From Octopus vulgaris (taxonomy: Eukaryota): 64,000 nt of DNA. The position numbers were made by a program, and so were the translations under genes. The DNA lies in NCBI GenBank assembly GCA_951406725.2, contig OX597832.1, positions 10,788,001-10,852,000 of the forward strand. Direction: 5' to 3'. Below the pieces are notes generated by a model. That model was given only the letters and a program-made list of their open reading frames with translations, was not told the origin of the DNA and made no database searches. Below are positions 1 to 12,065 of this stretch, one piece after another (within the stretch, counting starts at the first letter, position 1; every line of letters begins with the position of its first letter).

Positions 1-448
1 CATGTGAATAAGACGATAAAATATATCTTAGTGAGTTGCATAATATTAGCATGCTGAGTATCGCCTAGTTATCGAGTTACATTTTTTCTTTACTTTCTTC
101 ATATGTTCCATAATAAATAAAATGGTTTGAAGCTTTTGAAGCAAATTATTATAGATTGCTATTCATGTATATAGCCCCAGTTCTTATGCAGTAGATTGTT
201 AATATTATCTACGAATTATTGGCCATATATTTTGACATTTCACGTTACCTCGTTTCTTGTTGCCCAAATACAGGATATATTTTGACAAAAATTGCTATTA
301 CTAGAGGTTCATTCGGTTTCTATAAGTTACAGATTTAGCTATATTCATTTAAATAGTATGTGGTAGAATGAAACGTGTGAACAACACAATTTTTTTTCGT
401 ATTTTTACTGATATATTTTATTTCTGATTTTCTGTTTTTTTAGGTAGG

Positions 449-450
<2 letters not shown>

Positions 451-502
<52 letters not shown>
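451..502. repeat. (AT)n microsatellite
   Basis: Perfect AT dinucleotide run; representative of dozens of similar arrays in the window. Confidence 0.95.
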
Positions 503-504
<2 letters not shown>

Positions 505-1087
505 CTCCATCCGTAATATACATATATATAGTAAATGCAGTTACAATAAAAAAAGGAATCAGTAACAGTTCCATATATATTGATCAAATACTGCGTGTAT
601 TTATGAGGAATATGCTGTCACAGAGACGTGTCTCGAAATAATTTACTGTCCACCAATCAGTAGCTAGACACTTAACCACATACATGTCCTATCGTTATAA
701 AAACTGTTACCTAACCTGCCGATGGGACAATTACATGTGTGATTAAAACCTGCAAGACTGAGTAAATATTTAAATGTCTACGTTCAAGAAGGAAAGCGAA
801 TTTCTATGAGGATATAGCATTACTATAATGGCGTCTCATATAAAGCAATAATTTATCTGATATACTGCACTATTTATCTGTGCGCATGACTTATGTAACG
901 AAAGATGAAAGAGATTCCTCGGCATACATAGTTGAATTTGCTCAAAAAACTCACCGGATATAATTATAGTAAGAGAAGAGAGAGTTGAATATCGATGCCA
1001 TGTGTATCGTATCTTGTGCAACCTGACAACTTCATACGCTATACGGCAATTGCGTATGTATATATATATATATAAGCATGCATACAT

Positions 1088-1120
<33 letters not shown>

Positions 1121-2442
1121 CATTTATATGTGCGTATATATATGTATGCATATATATAAATATGTATATATATATATATATATATACGAATGTGCGTATG
1201 TGTGTAGATTGAGTATGTGTAATTATGTTATGTAAATGTATGCATACACGCACACTCATGCATACACACACATATATATATATTTGTGTATGTTGAGATA
1301 TTGATTTTTCTCCGCCATTCTATCGTGTTTGCTCAATAGAATCTAGAAATGTCAATATCTGCTGTGCTACTTACTTCATTCATCCAATATCAGATAGTTG
1401 TTATATTGGTGTTCTTGGTGGCCATTTTAAATGGATGGCTATATGTTCTGTTGGCAGGCTATTGTGTTGAGTGATTGAATATATAACATGTTGTTGTTTT
1501 TTTACTTTCTATTTACAATAATTGTATTTTTTTATGGTAAGGACGAAACACGAACGGATCCATAAAATATTTGTCTATCGACTGAAAGCTTACTAATTCC
1601 TTTTTCATTACACAAGAGTCCTGCTTTACATTCATCATAACATCTGCCGAATAGACTACACGTTTAAATAGTATATATGCATTCATTGCTCGGCTGGTTT
1701 CGTATCACACATTTTTGCCCTAACACGAACAAGTATTTTTATCCTGTCTGAACTTGGCTGTGATTAATGAATATATTAACATCTATTATAAAATAAGATT
1801 TCTTGAATATATTGAGATTAATCAAATTCAGCGTATTGATTTAATTTAGTTGATTCCTTAAATGGTAGATAAAAATGAGCAAAAGGTAAACGTAGACAAG
1901 TGTAAGTTTGAAATGTGGTCAACTTCAATATGTAATAAACCCATAATATAGTGATGGAAACTACAAATAAGTAAGGAATATTAATCGCTATTCTGATGGA
2001 TTGACCCGTTATCATTCACTATGACTTTTAGTCAAATATAGATTTTTCTACGTTTGTGAACGTAGAATTATTAAATGAATGACTAATATATATACTTGTT
2101 TCGCCCTATCTCAGGATCATATATGTTATATTGAAATATCCGCTAGCGCTATTAAGAAAATATATCGTAAGATAATGTAAATGTACATTCGTCCACGTAA
2201 ATATTATGAACAATGATATTAAGTAGTATTCACGATAGTATGTAGATTTTCTTGCTTATTTGCACCAAATCAAGACTGCATGAGTGTGTTGATCTGAGAT
2301 AAATTTTGCGTTAGTGTTCGTATTGCTGCTTTTGTTTATATAAGAGAAAATATTTTCCGTCGCGTATTTGACTTTTATATGTCAGATGATAGCCTGAAGA
2401 AATATTTTCACTATATATATATATATATATATACACGAGCTG

Positions 2443-3614
2443 ACGAGGAACGATTAAAAATAACGGAAATCATGCTATAGTAACATATTGACCTTGAACT
2501 CTGTTTCACATGCACATTGAATCATATCTTATCAATCACTTACGTTTGTTATAGAAGAGCTTGGTAGTAAATTGTGTGGAGCTTGGTAGTGGAGGTTCCA
2601 TTAGTAACCATGGCAGAGAAATACATTTGAGCAGTGAATCTTTGTTATGCCCACGCAGAAACCTGCGCAAAGTTGCAGAAAGTATATAGACAGGAATGAA
2701 TGAGTCGAACACGGGTGTACGAGTAGTTCAAACATTTCCATGATGGCCGAAAAGATGTCTATCCTGACGCTCGTTCTGAGTGACACGCTACCAGCAGAAT
2801 GAATGAAGAACATAGCCGATGTTCGTACCGCTGTTCGGAAAGAACGTTGCATCACTGTACCTGAGTTGGCTGGGAATATCTCATATTAGTTACGGTTCAA
2901 TTTAATCCATTCTCAAGAAAGTTTTGTGCATGAGACGTGTGACTGACAAGTTTTGAAGAGCCATAAGAGGTGACGAAATGTGGATTTATGGCTATGAGCC
3001 TGACATCATGGCTTAATTTTCTCAGTCCCAGACCCCAAACTCTCCGACACTGGAGAAAACATTAATGAGTCAAATTAATGTGATGAATCTGTTGGCAGTT
3101 TTCTTCGTCTACGATTTCATTGTTCATCATGAGTATGCTCCACCTGCTCAGGTAAAGGAATATTAGCTTGACGTGCAACCGCGTTTGTGGGATGCTGTTC
3201 GATGGAAAAGAAGAGAATCGCATTCGATCAATAAGTGGCAACTGCATGACAACAACGAACTTGCCCATTCAGCGCAACTTGTGCAGCTCTTTTTGGCCAA
3301 GCACAATATTCTTCAGGTGAACAAACCACCATTTTCTCCAGGTCTCTTCCCTTGCGATTTCTGTCCTCATTCCAAAAATCAAATCGCATTTAAAAGAAAC
3401 AAGATTTCTTGACTACGAAAATTCCAAGAAAATGTGACGAAGCAGCTGCTCGCTATCCTAACAGGAATTTCAAGAATGCTTCCTTTAGTAGAAACGACCC
3501 TGGATAATGTGTGTGTGGCTTCAGACGTTGTTGTTTCGAATGAGATGAAATACCGGATTGGTATGTTGTGTAGGTTTCTTTTTATAGCAGCAATCCCAAA
3601 GCTTTTCATCAGAT
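2443..3614 (+). mobile_element. Decayed mariner (Tc1/mariner) DNA transposon with transposase pseudogene and degenerate TIRs
   Basis: Broken frames give MSRTRVYE*FKHFHDGRKDVYPDARS (HTH), IRGDEMWIYGYEPD (cf. ITGDETWVYGYDPE, first catalytic D), LLAVFFVYDFIVHHEYAPPAQ, WQLHDNNELAH (cf. HHDNAPAH) and KPPFSPGLFPCDF (cf. PPYSPDLAPCDF). The 5' end acgagg..gattaaaaataacggaaatcatgctata resembles the reverse complement of the 3' end tatagcagcaatcccaaagcttttcatc. Several stops and frameshifts. Confidence 0.9.
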
Positions 3615-3667
3615 AAATGCAAGCACATATACGCACATGCGCGCACACACACACATACACATATATG

Positions 3668-3896
3668 TTTCTTTATTACCCACGAGGGGCTAAACACAGA
3701 CGGGATAAACAAGGACAGACAAAGGAATTAAGTCGATTACACCGACCCCAGTGCGTAACTGGTACTTAATTTATTGACTCATAGGATGAAAGGCAAAGTC
3801 GACCTCGACGGAAGTTGAACTCAGAACGTAACTGCAGACGAAATACGGCTACGCATTTCGCCCGGCGTGCTAACGTTTCTGCCAGCTCGCCGCCTT
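3668..3896 (-). mobile_element. tRNA-headed SINE, family A (near full length, long-tail type)
   Basis: Minus strand starts aaggcggcgagctggcagaaacgttagc, has a B-box-like gagttcaacttcc and body gtcgactttgcctttcatcc..taagtaccagtt. Close match to 58461-58691. Confidence 0.85.
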
Positions 3897-3930
3897 ACAC
3901 ACGTACACATATAATCATATATACACTTAC

Positions 3931-4089
3931 TTATATGAATGCACGGGTGTCGATGAAAAGTGTATTGTCCTTGAGAATGACGCCAGCAGGTCCTTCAGCC
4001 CACGTGAGATTTTGTAGTACATCTGGTAGTACATCAGAATGACTGGCGCAATGTTGATCAGTGTTGCTATACGTACTACTAAGTAAAGT
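3931..4089 (-). other. Candidate 159-nt internal exon (unverified)
   Basis: Minus strand has acceptor gctattttcag and donor gtaagt. One frame is fully open (LYLVVRIATLINIAPVILMYYQMYYKISRGLKDLLASFSRTIHFSSTPVHSY). No partner exons identified. Confidence 0.25.
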
Positions 4090-5889
4090 CTGAAAATAGC
4101 ACTCTTCTATAGCGTATAACCATGCTGTTGTAGTGATGTACAAAGACTAAAGACAGAAAAAACTATCTTATCTTGCGGTTATAATCGTTACCGAATCTTT
4201 GAGAATCATTAATATGGGCTCTTTTAACGATGTCTGTGATATTTTGTAAAGCTAAGATAGAACAACTTCTTATACTCTGCTATTGTTTTTCATTGACAAT
4301 AACGAGTAGACATTCAAGAAAATTATACAGTCTATAGATATTAGTGTAGATTCATATCACAATAATGACTTTTACATTGACATAAGGCCGTTTATGGTAC
4401 AGAGAAGTTACTGGGTTTGGTGTAATTTTATTTTCTATACTGTTCTACAGAAAGATTCTAACAATGTTTATGTCCAGTGTGTGAGAATTACATATTAGAT
4501 ACGTCTACGTGTATGAGTGGACGAGAGAATGTATATACGTGTATGCGTCTGTTACATTGTATTGATGTTTAAATCAATATTTCTGTCACTGCTTATTATG
4601 ACGAAATAGTCAGTCTCAGCTACTTATTTATATTAAATTACATTGGTCTATTTGAGAAGTAAACACCATAGTGGTATGCATAATACAATGATATGACTAG
4701 TAAAAGATGTTGTGACATGGCTGGCAGCTGCCTGCGTCTCTACTAATTTGCAAAGAATTAGATGCTCTTCATCAGAACTTTCTTTGTGTTCAACATCCTT
4801 TATTCACTATAAATATATACCGTTAGTAATTTAAGAAGGCTATGTGAAACAATAATTTTAGGTAATAATGCTTTTTACTTACTGTCTAAGATAACTAAAT
4901 TCACATGGCTTCGTGCAGTTGACGACCTCCAGCCAGCGTGTTAAGTTATAATGCCACTTAAGATTTCTCTTCATGAAAGTGCCATACTGATTTCTAGTTA
5001 ATTAATATGAACAACAGAATTTCACTTTAATCATTGATGTGCTTTAATAAGACCGAAACACGAGGAGAGTTTTGTCTAGCAAATAAGAAAAATACATTTT
5101 AAACACCCAGTTTAGTTTTAGTTTATTAGCGTTCGTTAACTTAATACGCAACAGCTCTAACTTTACTGGTTAGATGCTATATCCTCAGTTTCATTATCGT
5201 AATTACAATAGATGTAACGATTTGAGTTTCCTTCCACTATTCATTGGTAATCAATTTCATTCAGAAAATAATATGTGGACGACATCATCAGCTAAGTCTC
5301 TTTCTTTCACTTCCTCTCTCTCTCTTTCTCTACCCTCTCTCTCTCTTCCAAGCAGTATCATTGAACATGCGTCAGTAAAATGGTTCCCTGCGTCGATGAC
5401 GTTGCATTTCACCCTTCATTAATCAAGAAATTTTAATTACCAGCCAAGCACCTCGTCCATTTATCGAGTAGTCACCTGTAACAAATTTTTGTATTTCGAA
5501 TTATATTAAAAATTACGAATAGTCGATGGGTGGCCTATCCGTTTATTGCAAAAACCTATTGAGTTTTGACTATTTCCATTGTAAGTTTAATTCCCAGTGT
5601 AGCCAAGTTTTCTTTCCTTCAAGAAGTGAGAAAAAATATAAAACAGATATGTCTTAGCTTGTCTTAGTCACCTAATTTCTAATTTCTGTCACAATTTGTG
5701 TCGTGGGTGACAATCAATTAGTTATGTTAGGTCATACGTTATTTATTGTGATATGACATTACCATGTCCCGCAGATATGGCTGTGGTTGTGTATGCTTAT
5801 CAGACGGTTAGTCATGATGGGTATATTGAGCTTTATATATTTGTACCCAAATATCATATTCATGTCATGTGCTGTTCTCTCAATATTGC

Positions 5890-6012
5890 GGCTGCTGCTG
5901 CTGCTGCTATTATTACTACTACTACTACTACTACTAATAATAATAATAATAATGACAATAATGACAATAATGATAATAATGATAATAATGATAACAATGA
6001 TAATAATAATAA
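5890..6012. repeat. Compound trinucleotide microsatellite (GCT)/(ACT)/(AAT/GAT/GAC)
   Basis: Consecutive triplet arrays; source of the poly-A/T/N and poly-L ORFs. Confidence 0.9.
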
Positions 6013-6365
6013 AAATCTTTATCTTTCTTTTCTTCCTGACTACCCAAATATGTAAACATGCCTTTTATTGTAACAACACAATTAAGTGCATGAAAAAAAA
6101 TGAAGGAGGTAAGAACCTGTCAATATATACACACTGCACAATTACAAAACTGTGAACCAGTGTAAAATTTACAAAAAAGAAAAGAAAAAATGTCAAAGAA
6201 AAAAGTTTAGAAAAAAACTTAGAATTGAAGCGTTGCTTCAAAAAACAATTACCAATTATTTATTGCTACGTAACTACATTTCAAAGTGTTATGTGATTAC
6301 ATGCATCTTGAAATGTTTTCTGCAATAAATTCTACTTTCTGTAGACAATAATGGAATATATTGAC

Positions 6366-6786
6366 CAAGGCGTGGCTGGATGTTAAGAAGCATATTTCCC
6401 AACCATAGAGTTCTGGGTTGAGTTCCTCTGTTTGACACCCTGGGCAAGTGTCTTTTACTATAGCCTAAGGCCAACCAATTCCTTGGGAGTCAATTTGGTA
6501 ACACACATAATGATTATCTCTCTCTCTCTCTCTATATATATATATAGATAGGTAGGTACGTAGGTAGATATATAGATAGATCATTATGTGTGTGTCTGTG
6601 TTTGTTCCTTACCGCAGCTTGATAACCCGTGTTGATGTGTTTATCTCCTTGAAACTTAGCGGTTGGACAAAAGGAACTTTTCGAATAAACACCAGTCTAA
6701 ACAGAAAAGATTAATTACTGGGGCCGATTCATTCGTCTAAAATTTCTTCATTCTTCTAACGACTGAAACACATAAGAGATAAAAGA
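6366..6786 (+). mobile_element. CORE-type tRNA SINE, family B, diverged, with internal microsatellite
   Basis: Colinear with 60454-60847: head ggcgtggctgg..gggttgagttcc, CORE-like accctgggcaagtgtctt, internal (CT)/(TA)/(TAGA) run, tail gactgaaaca..aaaagata. Confidence 0.75.
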
Positions 6787-7944
6787 TAATCTTGTGTATT
6801 TTATACAACTTACGCTTGTTCATTGATATTCTTTATTGACGATGAGGCAACGGGTACAGTTTTGCTTCTTGGATCTATGGTGATGCTTAAGAACAGAGTA
6901 TACCACGGTTGAATCAAATCTATCGTTTGTGGGGCTACAGAGACACAAGTTAACAATAGTGCTTTATATTGAAACATTGATATCAAAGTGTCATTTTTCT
7001 TTCCAAGATTGCAATATATCTGTTCATTACGCATGATATAACAATTGAAACGAAACAAAAACAACTACTAGTTATGTTGTCTTTCATCTCTATATCTGGT
7101 TCACAATATGTCGGAGTGTAATACATAACTATCCCTGTAGCTGAGAATATCATTATTCTATTATTTCCAGTTATTTCAACAATGTTCACATGCCATCCAC
7201 GACATAGTTATATAGTTGTACCAGCACAATTTTTCTATTGTAAACATAGAAAGATGCGCAAATATATGACGTGTATGTTTTTTAAGTATTATCTAAATCT
7301 GGAGAAGTTGCATGCATTCTGAATCGATATTTCGGTCGCTATTTTCCACACCTCAACCTCTTCCATCTCCCCAATCTCGGTTTTTCTCTCCGTTCATTGT
7401 TATTATCTTATTATTCATGATTTGTAAAAATACATCAAAAGATTCCTTTCTTGGAACAAGAATTGGGACATCATGAATAACATGGTTATTGGAGTGATTT
7501 TAATTATTATAATATAATCATCCATGAGGCCTATTTATTACACGCCTTCGATGCAAAACCTAGCTCACATCAGAGTCTCCGGTGTATCTTTTGTGACATT
7601 TTCTGCTTTTCTATTTTCGATCTTCTACATAATTAGATGTACTGTATCCAGTATGTGCTCAAAGTAATGCTTTGTTGGTTTTCGTGTGTTATGCACGTAT
7701 CTCCAAGGATTCTCCTCTTAATACACACGCAGCGATTTGCGGTGCAATTTACAAGAAATTCTGCATATTTGGAACTCAACTATTTATATATTAGTCTGCA
7801 TATTCTACTCATTCCAAAGGCAAATAATATATTAATAGCTTCTGTTTTCTTCCAAAAATTATGGATGTTTCTATACACATGCATTATCTGTATATAAAGA
7901 TAATTTCGTGTCTCCTTCCTCTTTCCATTTCTTCTTCTTCTTCT

Positions 7945-8057
7945 TGTTATTATTATTTTTATTATTATTATCATTATTATCATTATTATTATCATTATTA
8001 TTATTATTATCATTATTATCATTATTATTATTATTATTATCATTATTATTATTATTA
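7945..8057. repeat. (TAT/CAT)n array flanking the 3' end of the R4/Dong-like element
   Basis: Direct reading. Confidence 0.95.
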
Positions 8058-8059
8058 AT

Positions 8060-9288
8060 ATCATGTGAAAACTCATAGCATATTTTGCTGGGTATGATTC
8101 GAAAAGGCCAAATCTCCACAGACAGCAGACTAAGGTGACACTTGTTTACTCGTTATGCTTCGAGAACCCTGCGAAGAATTCTTGCAGTTTCAGGCAATGC
8201 TGATTTTTGTAGGCGTTCTACTTTCACACTTGCATCGATATTTTTCAGCCATGTTGGAAGTTGCGTACTGATATTCCCAAGTGCACTAATTACAATTGGC
8301 ATCATGCCTATTCTATTTATTGACAACGACCTTCGTATTTCCCACTTCAAGTCGTTATTGGTTTTTATTTTTACTTTCCCATTCCTATTGTTGTCACCAG
8401 AGAATACTATGTGCATATATTTTCTTACTTTTTTATTCACAAATATACATGTCCGGTTTCCGATGTCTGGTAGGGTAATCGCACTGGATTATTACATCCC
8501 ACATGATTTTGCAGTTCTCATTTTCGATGACTCCTTCTAGCGTTCGATAATACCACCTCTTTGCTTTTTGTAGGCCGTGATTTCCATAGAGCTCTCAATG
8601 GGTCATTTTTGCCACATTGTTATGACGTCTTTTGTAATCGCGATTGTGTCAATTTCAGGCATTCTATAGCGATGTGCAATACTGTTTCACCCCTTTCACC
8701 ACACATTCTGTGTTTGTCGCTATCAGTAGTAATGTCAATTCTGCACTTCGTGTAGTTGGTCCTTAACGCTTGCTCCTGAGCTGCGCATATGAGTGCTTCT
8801 GTCTCTTTCTTCAAATCACTCCTCCTCATCGATAGCCACCAGTCCACTGTATCTGTCTTTGCGTTTACATCTCTTAAAAACTGACCGTACATTTTCCCCT
8901 CCATGCTCATTCTTTTCTTTGTTTCATTTTTTTTTTTGTTTACATTTTCCTTTCGTTACACGATTTTCAGTTTTGATGAAGCTGGCCGTCTTCGTGTGTT
9001 TTATAAGTGGCTCCTCAGCATCTTTTATATACTACACTAAGCCGTTTTCCTTTGCTTCGATACAGTCCTATAGATGTCACTCTTAGAGTGGAAGGCACCG
9101 CCTATTGACAACATTTTACTGGTCTTATTTCTATCTTCTTCACTTCTGACTTTTGCCATATTATAATTCCCGCTCCATGCCAATTTGATGCGTATTTACT
9201 CTTTTCCTTTTATTCTCTCCAGTCAATTTTGAGCGCAACACCAACGTCAGTCTTCGGAAATATTCCATCCTCAGTTGCCCTTTCATTT

Positions 9289-9289
<1 letters not shown>
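8060..9289 (-). mobile_element. 5'-truncated R4/Dong-like RLE non-LTR retrotransposon fossil (post-RT region, zinc-knuckle remnant, restriction-like endonuclease, 3' UTR)
   Basis: Minus frames: MEYFRRLTLVLRSKLTGENK; MYGQFLRDV..LKKETEALICAAQEQALRTNY..HRMCGERGETVLHIAIEC; ENENCKIMWDVIIQCDYPTRHRKPDM; MPIVISALG..LQKSALPETARILRRVLEA*. These match hallmark R4-clade motifs (ETEGLLxAAQDQAL, CRxC..ETVxH, RPD, PIVIGALG, LQKxALLGTARILRRVL). Frameshifted. Confidence 0.88.

Positions 9290-9373
<84 letters not shown>
9290..9373. repeat. (CTA)n+(TTA)n array at the 5' truncation point of the element
   Basis: Direct reading. Confidence 0.95.
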
Positions 9374-9462
9374 CTACTTTCAATTCTGGTTACATTTCTT
9401 GCTGAGTGTCTTCCTCACACCTAGGGCACTGAAACTCACTGTATACATAGGTAGAACATTAA
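9374..9462 (-). mobile_element. Probable 3'-terminal stub of a second TAA-associated non-LTR element
   Basis: Short unique segment between two TAT arrays. Minus strand reads NVLPM (cf. the R4 C-terminus KVLSM*), then a UTR-like stretch running into (TAA)n. Confidence 0.35.
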
Positions 9463-9512
9463 ACTAAACACACCGGATTGTTCATTTACAAAGTCAGTTA
9501 TTATTATTATTG

Positions 9513-9570
<58 letters not shown>

Positions 9571-11344
9571 CACCATCATCATTGATTTACGATAACAAAA
9601 CACATTTTATTATGAAAGCTTTTTCCTGAATATTTTGCTATTGAATTAATTCAATGATTTCTTTTTTCTTTACTCAGAAAAATGAAATATTTTTTATGAG
9701 CTATTTTGTCTTTGTGGGTGTGAGGCTTCAAAAGTGAACAGATTTTCATATTTTATTCTAGCTTATTCAGGCAATTCAGATTTTTGAAAACAGTTTTGTT
9801 TGTTGAATTTAGAAATATAACATCGGTGACATATAGACTTAGTCATACGGCCTTGATGTTTTCACAGAAATCACACGAAAAGAAACAAGAATCTAAAAAT
9901 AGACATATATTGTAACACAAACGCTGATACTTTGAACTAAATAAAAACGAAGTAATGATGTCCTGTTAGCTCTAATTGATTTACAGTAATTTAGACAACT
10001 CTCTTCGTAGCACAATGTAACTTGAAATTAAGTGATGCGATATCAGACAAACAATGTTTTTTTTTGTATTGAGCAAGGCTGCGAGTTTGCTAGTGTCTGC
10101 CTGCATTTTTGTACAGATGGGTTTGTGCTATTGTTACGAGAGAAAGTGAGAGAGCATTTAAACATAAAAATGTACCACACTGAATTTGCTGAATCAATGC
10201 CTGAATGACAGTTACTTGTATTAGAATCGACACGAAAGCATAACTTTTTCAACATTTTTTTGCGCAGAAGGCTATGTTTTAAGAGGGTTTTAGATTAAAA
10301 TTTTTCTTCGCAACAACAAGGAGATTTTACAACCTCCTAATGAAAGCACATTTGTAGATGAATAAGGTATTTTTACGTTAGAAATAGAATTGTGACAACT
10401 TTAGTTGTAATATATACATGGAGGTATTATTTTCGATTGAAGATATAAAATGCGAGACAGTATAGCACCAAATGCTTAGTGCCAGCAAGATTGGCAACAC
10501 AAATGATAGACATGTTACTGCTCAGTATGAGTGAAATGGCAAAAACACTTGGCACTATCATTTAACCATAAATCCTAGATTACACAGGCTTTATAGCTTG
10601 TCGAACACACAAATAAAGAAAATAACATGTTTAAGGTTGTCATTGGTTGTTTGTATATACAGCAAAAGAATCTCAAGCGTAAAGGGTCGTGTGTTAATAA
10701 GGATCTGTTATATTACACCATTCCGAGCATGAATGGTAAGATTTTGTTGCGTAAGTCTCACAAAGCTTCGTTCATGTAATCATTTGATTGCATAGAAAAT
10801 GCAAAACTATCTTCCCTGAACAGAGCTATATTGAATTTCTCATTCAAGAGAGCCATTTTAGTTTGAGTAAATATATTAGTAGGGATCGTGCAGTGGGTTT
10901 TCATCCGTAGGCTGGTCGGACTCCATGTTCGTCCTAATATTGTTTGAATTAGATTTTGCGTACGTAACATTATTCCGTGCATACGCTTTGTGTTTAAACT
11001 TTCTGATATTACTTATATATTTATTATATCATTGTAAGTCAATCGAGATTTCATAACTTTATTTGTCCGTTTCTTCTTCCCCATTTAGCCAAGATGTTTT
11101 GCTACTTCGTTCAAATATATGTCTATGCGTAAATAGTGGTATTTAGTATAATGGGGTCCACCTTCAGTCGTCCAAATTCCCACTTATTTTATCCTGTAAA
11201 AAAAAAACGGCATCACCTTCCTCTAGCTTCTTCTTCCCCTCTTCAATATTATCATCAACATCATCAATATCCTCGTCGTCGGCGTCAGTGTCTTCATCAG
11301 CCTCACCAATAGTAATAATAATAATAATGATCTTATCTATTAAA

Positions 11345-11548
11345 GGCACAAAGGCTAAAATTTTGAGGTGAAGAACAGATTCGATTACATTCACTCTAGT
11401 TCTTAACTGGTACTTCTTTTATCCACTCCCGAAAGGATGAGAGACAATATATACCTCACCGGAGCTTGAACTCAGAACGTAAAGACGCATGCAAATGAAG
11501 ATAGGTTCTCCGTCCTAAGTACTATGTATTCGACCAGATCGCTACCTT
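11345..11548 (-). mobile_element. SINE family A, diverged (short-tail type)
   Basis: aactggtactt..cccgaaaggatga..ttgaactcagaacgtaaagacg shared with 3668-3896. Confidence 0.7.
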
Positions 11549-11619
11549 AATAATGATAATAATAATGGTTTTCAATGGATTCTGCCTGCTCTCCGCCTTA
11601 GAAATAATCATGATAATGC

Positions 11620-11829
11620 TTTCACGTTTTGGCACAAGGCCAGGAATTTCAGGTGAAGATTTGGTCGATTAGATCGACCCCAGCATACAAATGATGCTTA
11701 ATTTATGGATTCCGAATGATGAAAGGCAAAGTAGACTCTGGCGAAATTTGAACTTGGAACGTAAAGACGGACAAAATGTCCCCAAACATTTTCATTGGCC
11801 TGCTAAAGATTCTGGCAGCTCACTGCTTT
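11620..11829 (-). mobile_element. SINE family A, diverged (short-tail type)
   Basis: ttttggcacaaggccag..atcgacccca..gatgaaaggcaaagtagac..atttgaactt..ggcagctcactgctt; lies in TAA-rich spacers next to the previous copy. Confidence 0.75.
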
Positions 11830-12015
11830 AATAATAAAATAATAATGACAGCAAACACACCAACAACGTAGTTTTATTTCTCTTTCTTCTATGAATATAT
11901 TTTGTATGAATGACAAATTCATGCAGTGTACGTAATATTTTTGTCTATGTGGGTTTGTACGATGCATACATAAACACATAGATAAACGTATGAGTGTGCG
12001 TGTTATTAATATTTG

Positions 12016-12065
<50 letters not shown>

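Noticed and set aside
5753-6155. Poly-A/T/N and poly-L ORFs resembling low-complexity or signal-peptide proteins
   Set aside because: Trinucleotide microsatellite with no domain context.
10664-10740. Possible plus-strand exon (tatacag..aatg|gtaaga)
   Set aside because: Weak acceptor, unrecognisable peptide, expected by chance.
11164-11394. Acidic minus-strand ORF (DEDTDADDEDIDD)
   Set aside because: Degenerate (TCA/TCG) triplet tract adjoining a SINE tail; no splice or homology support.
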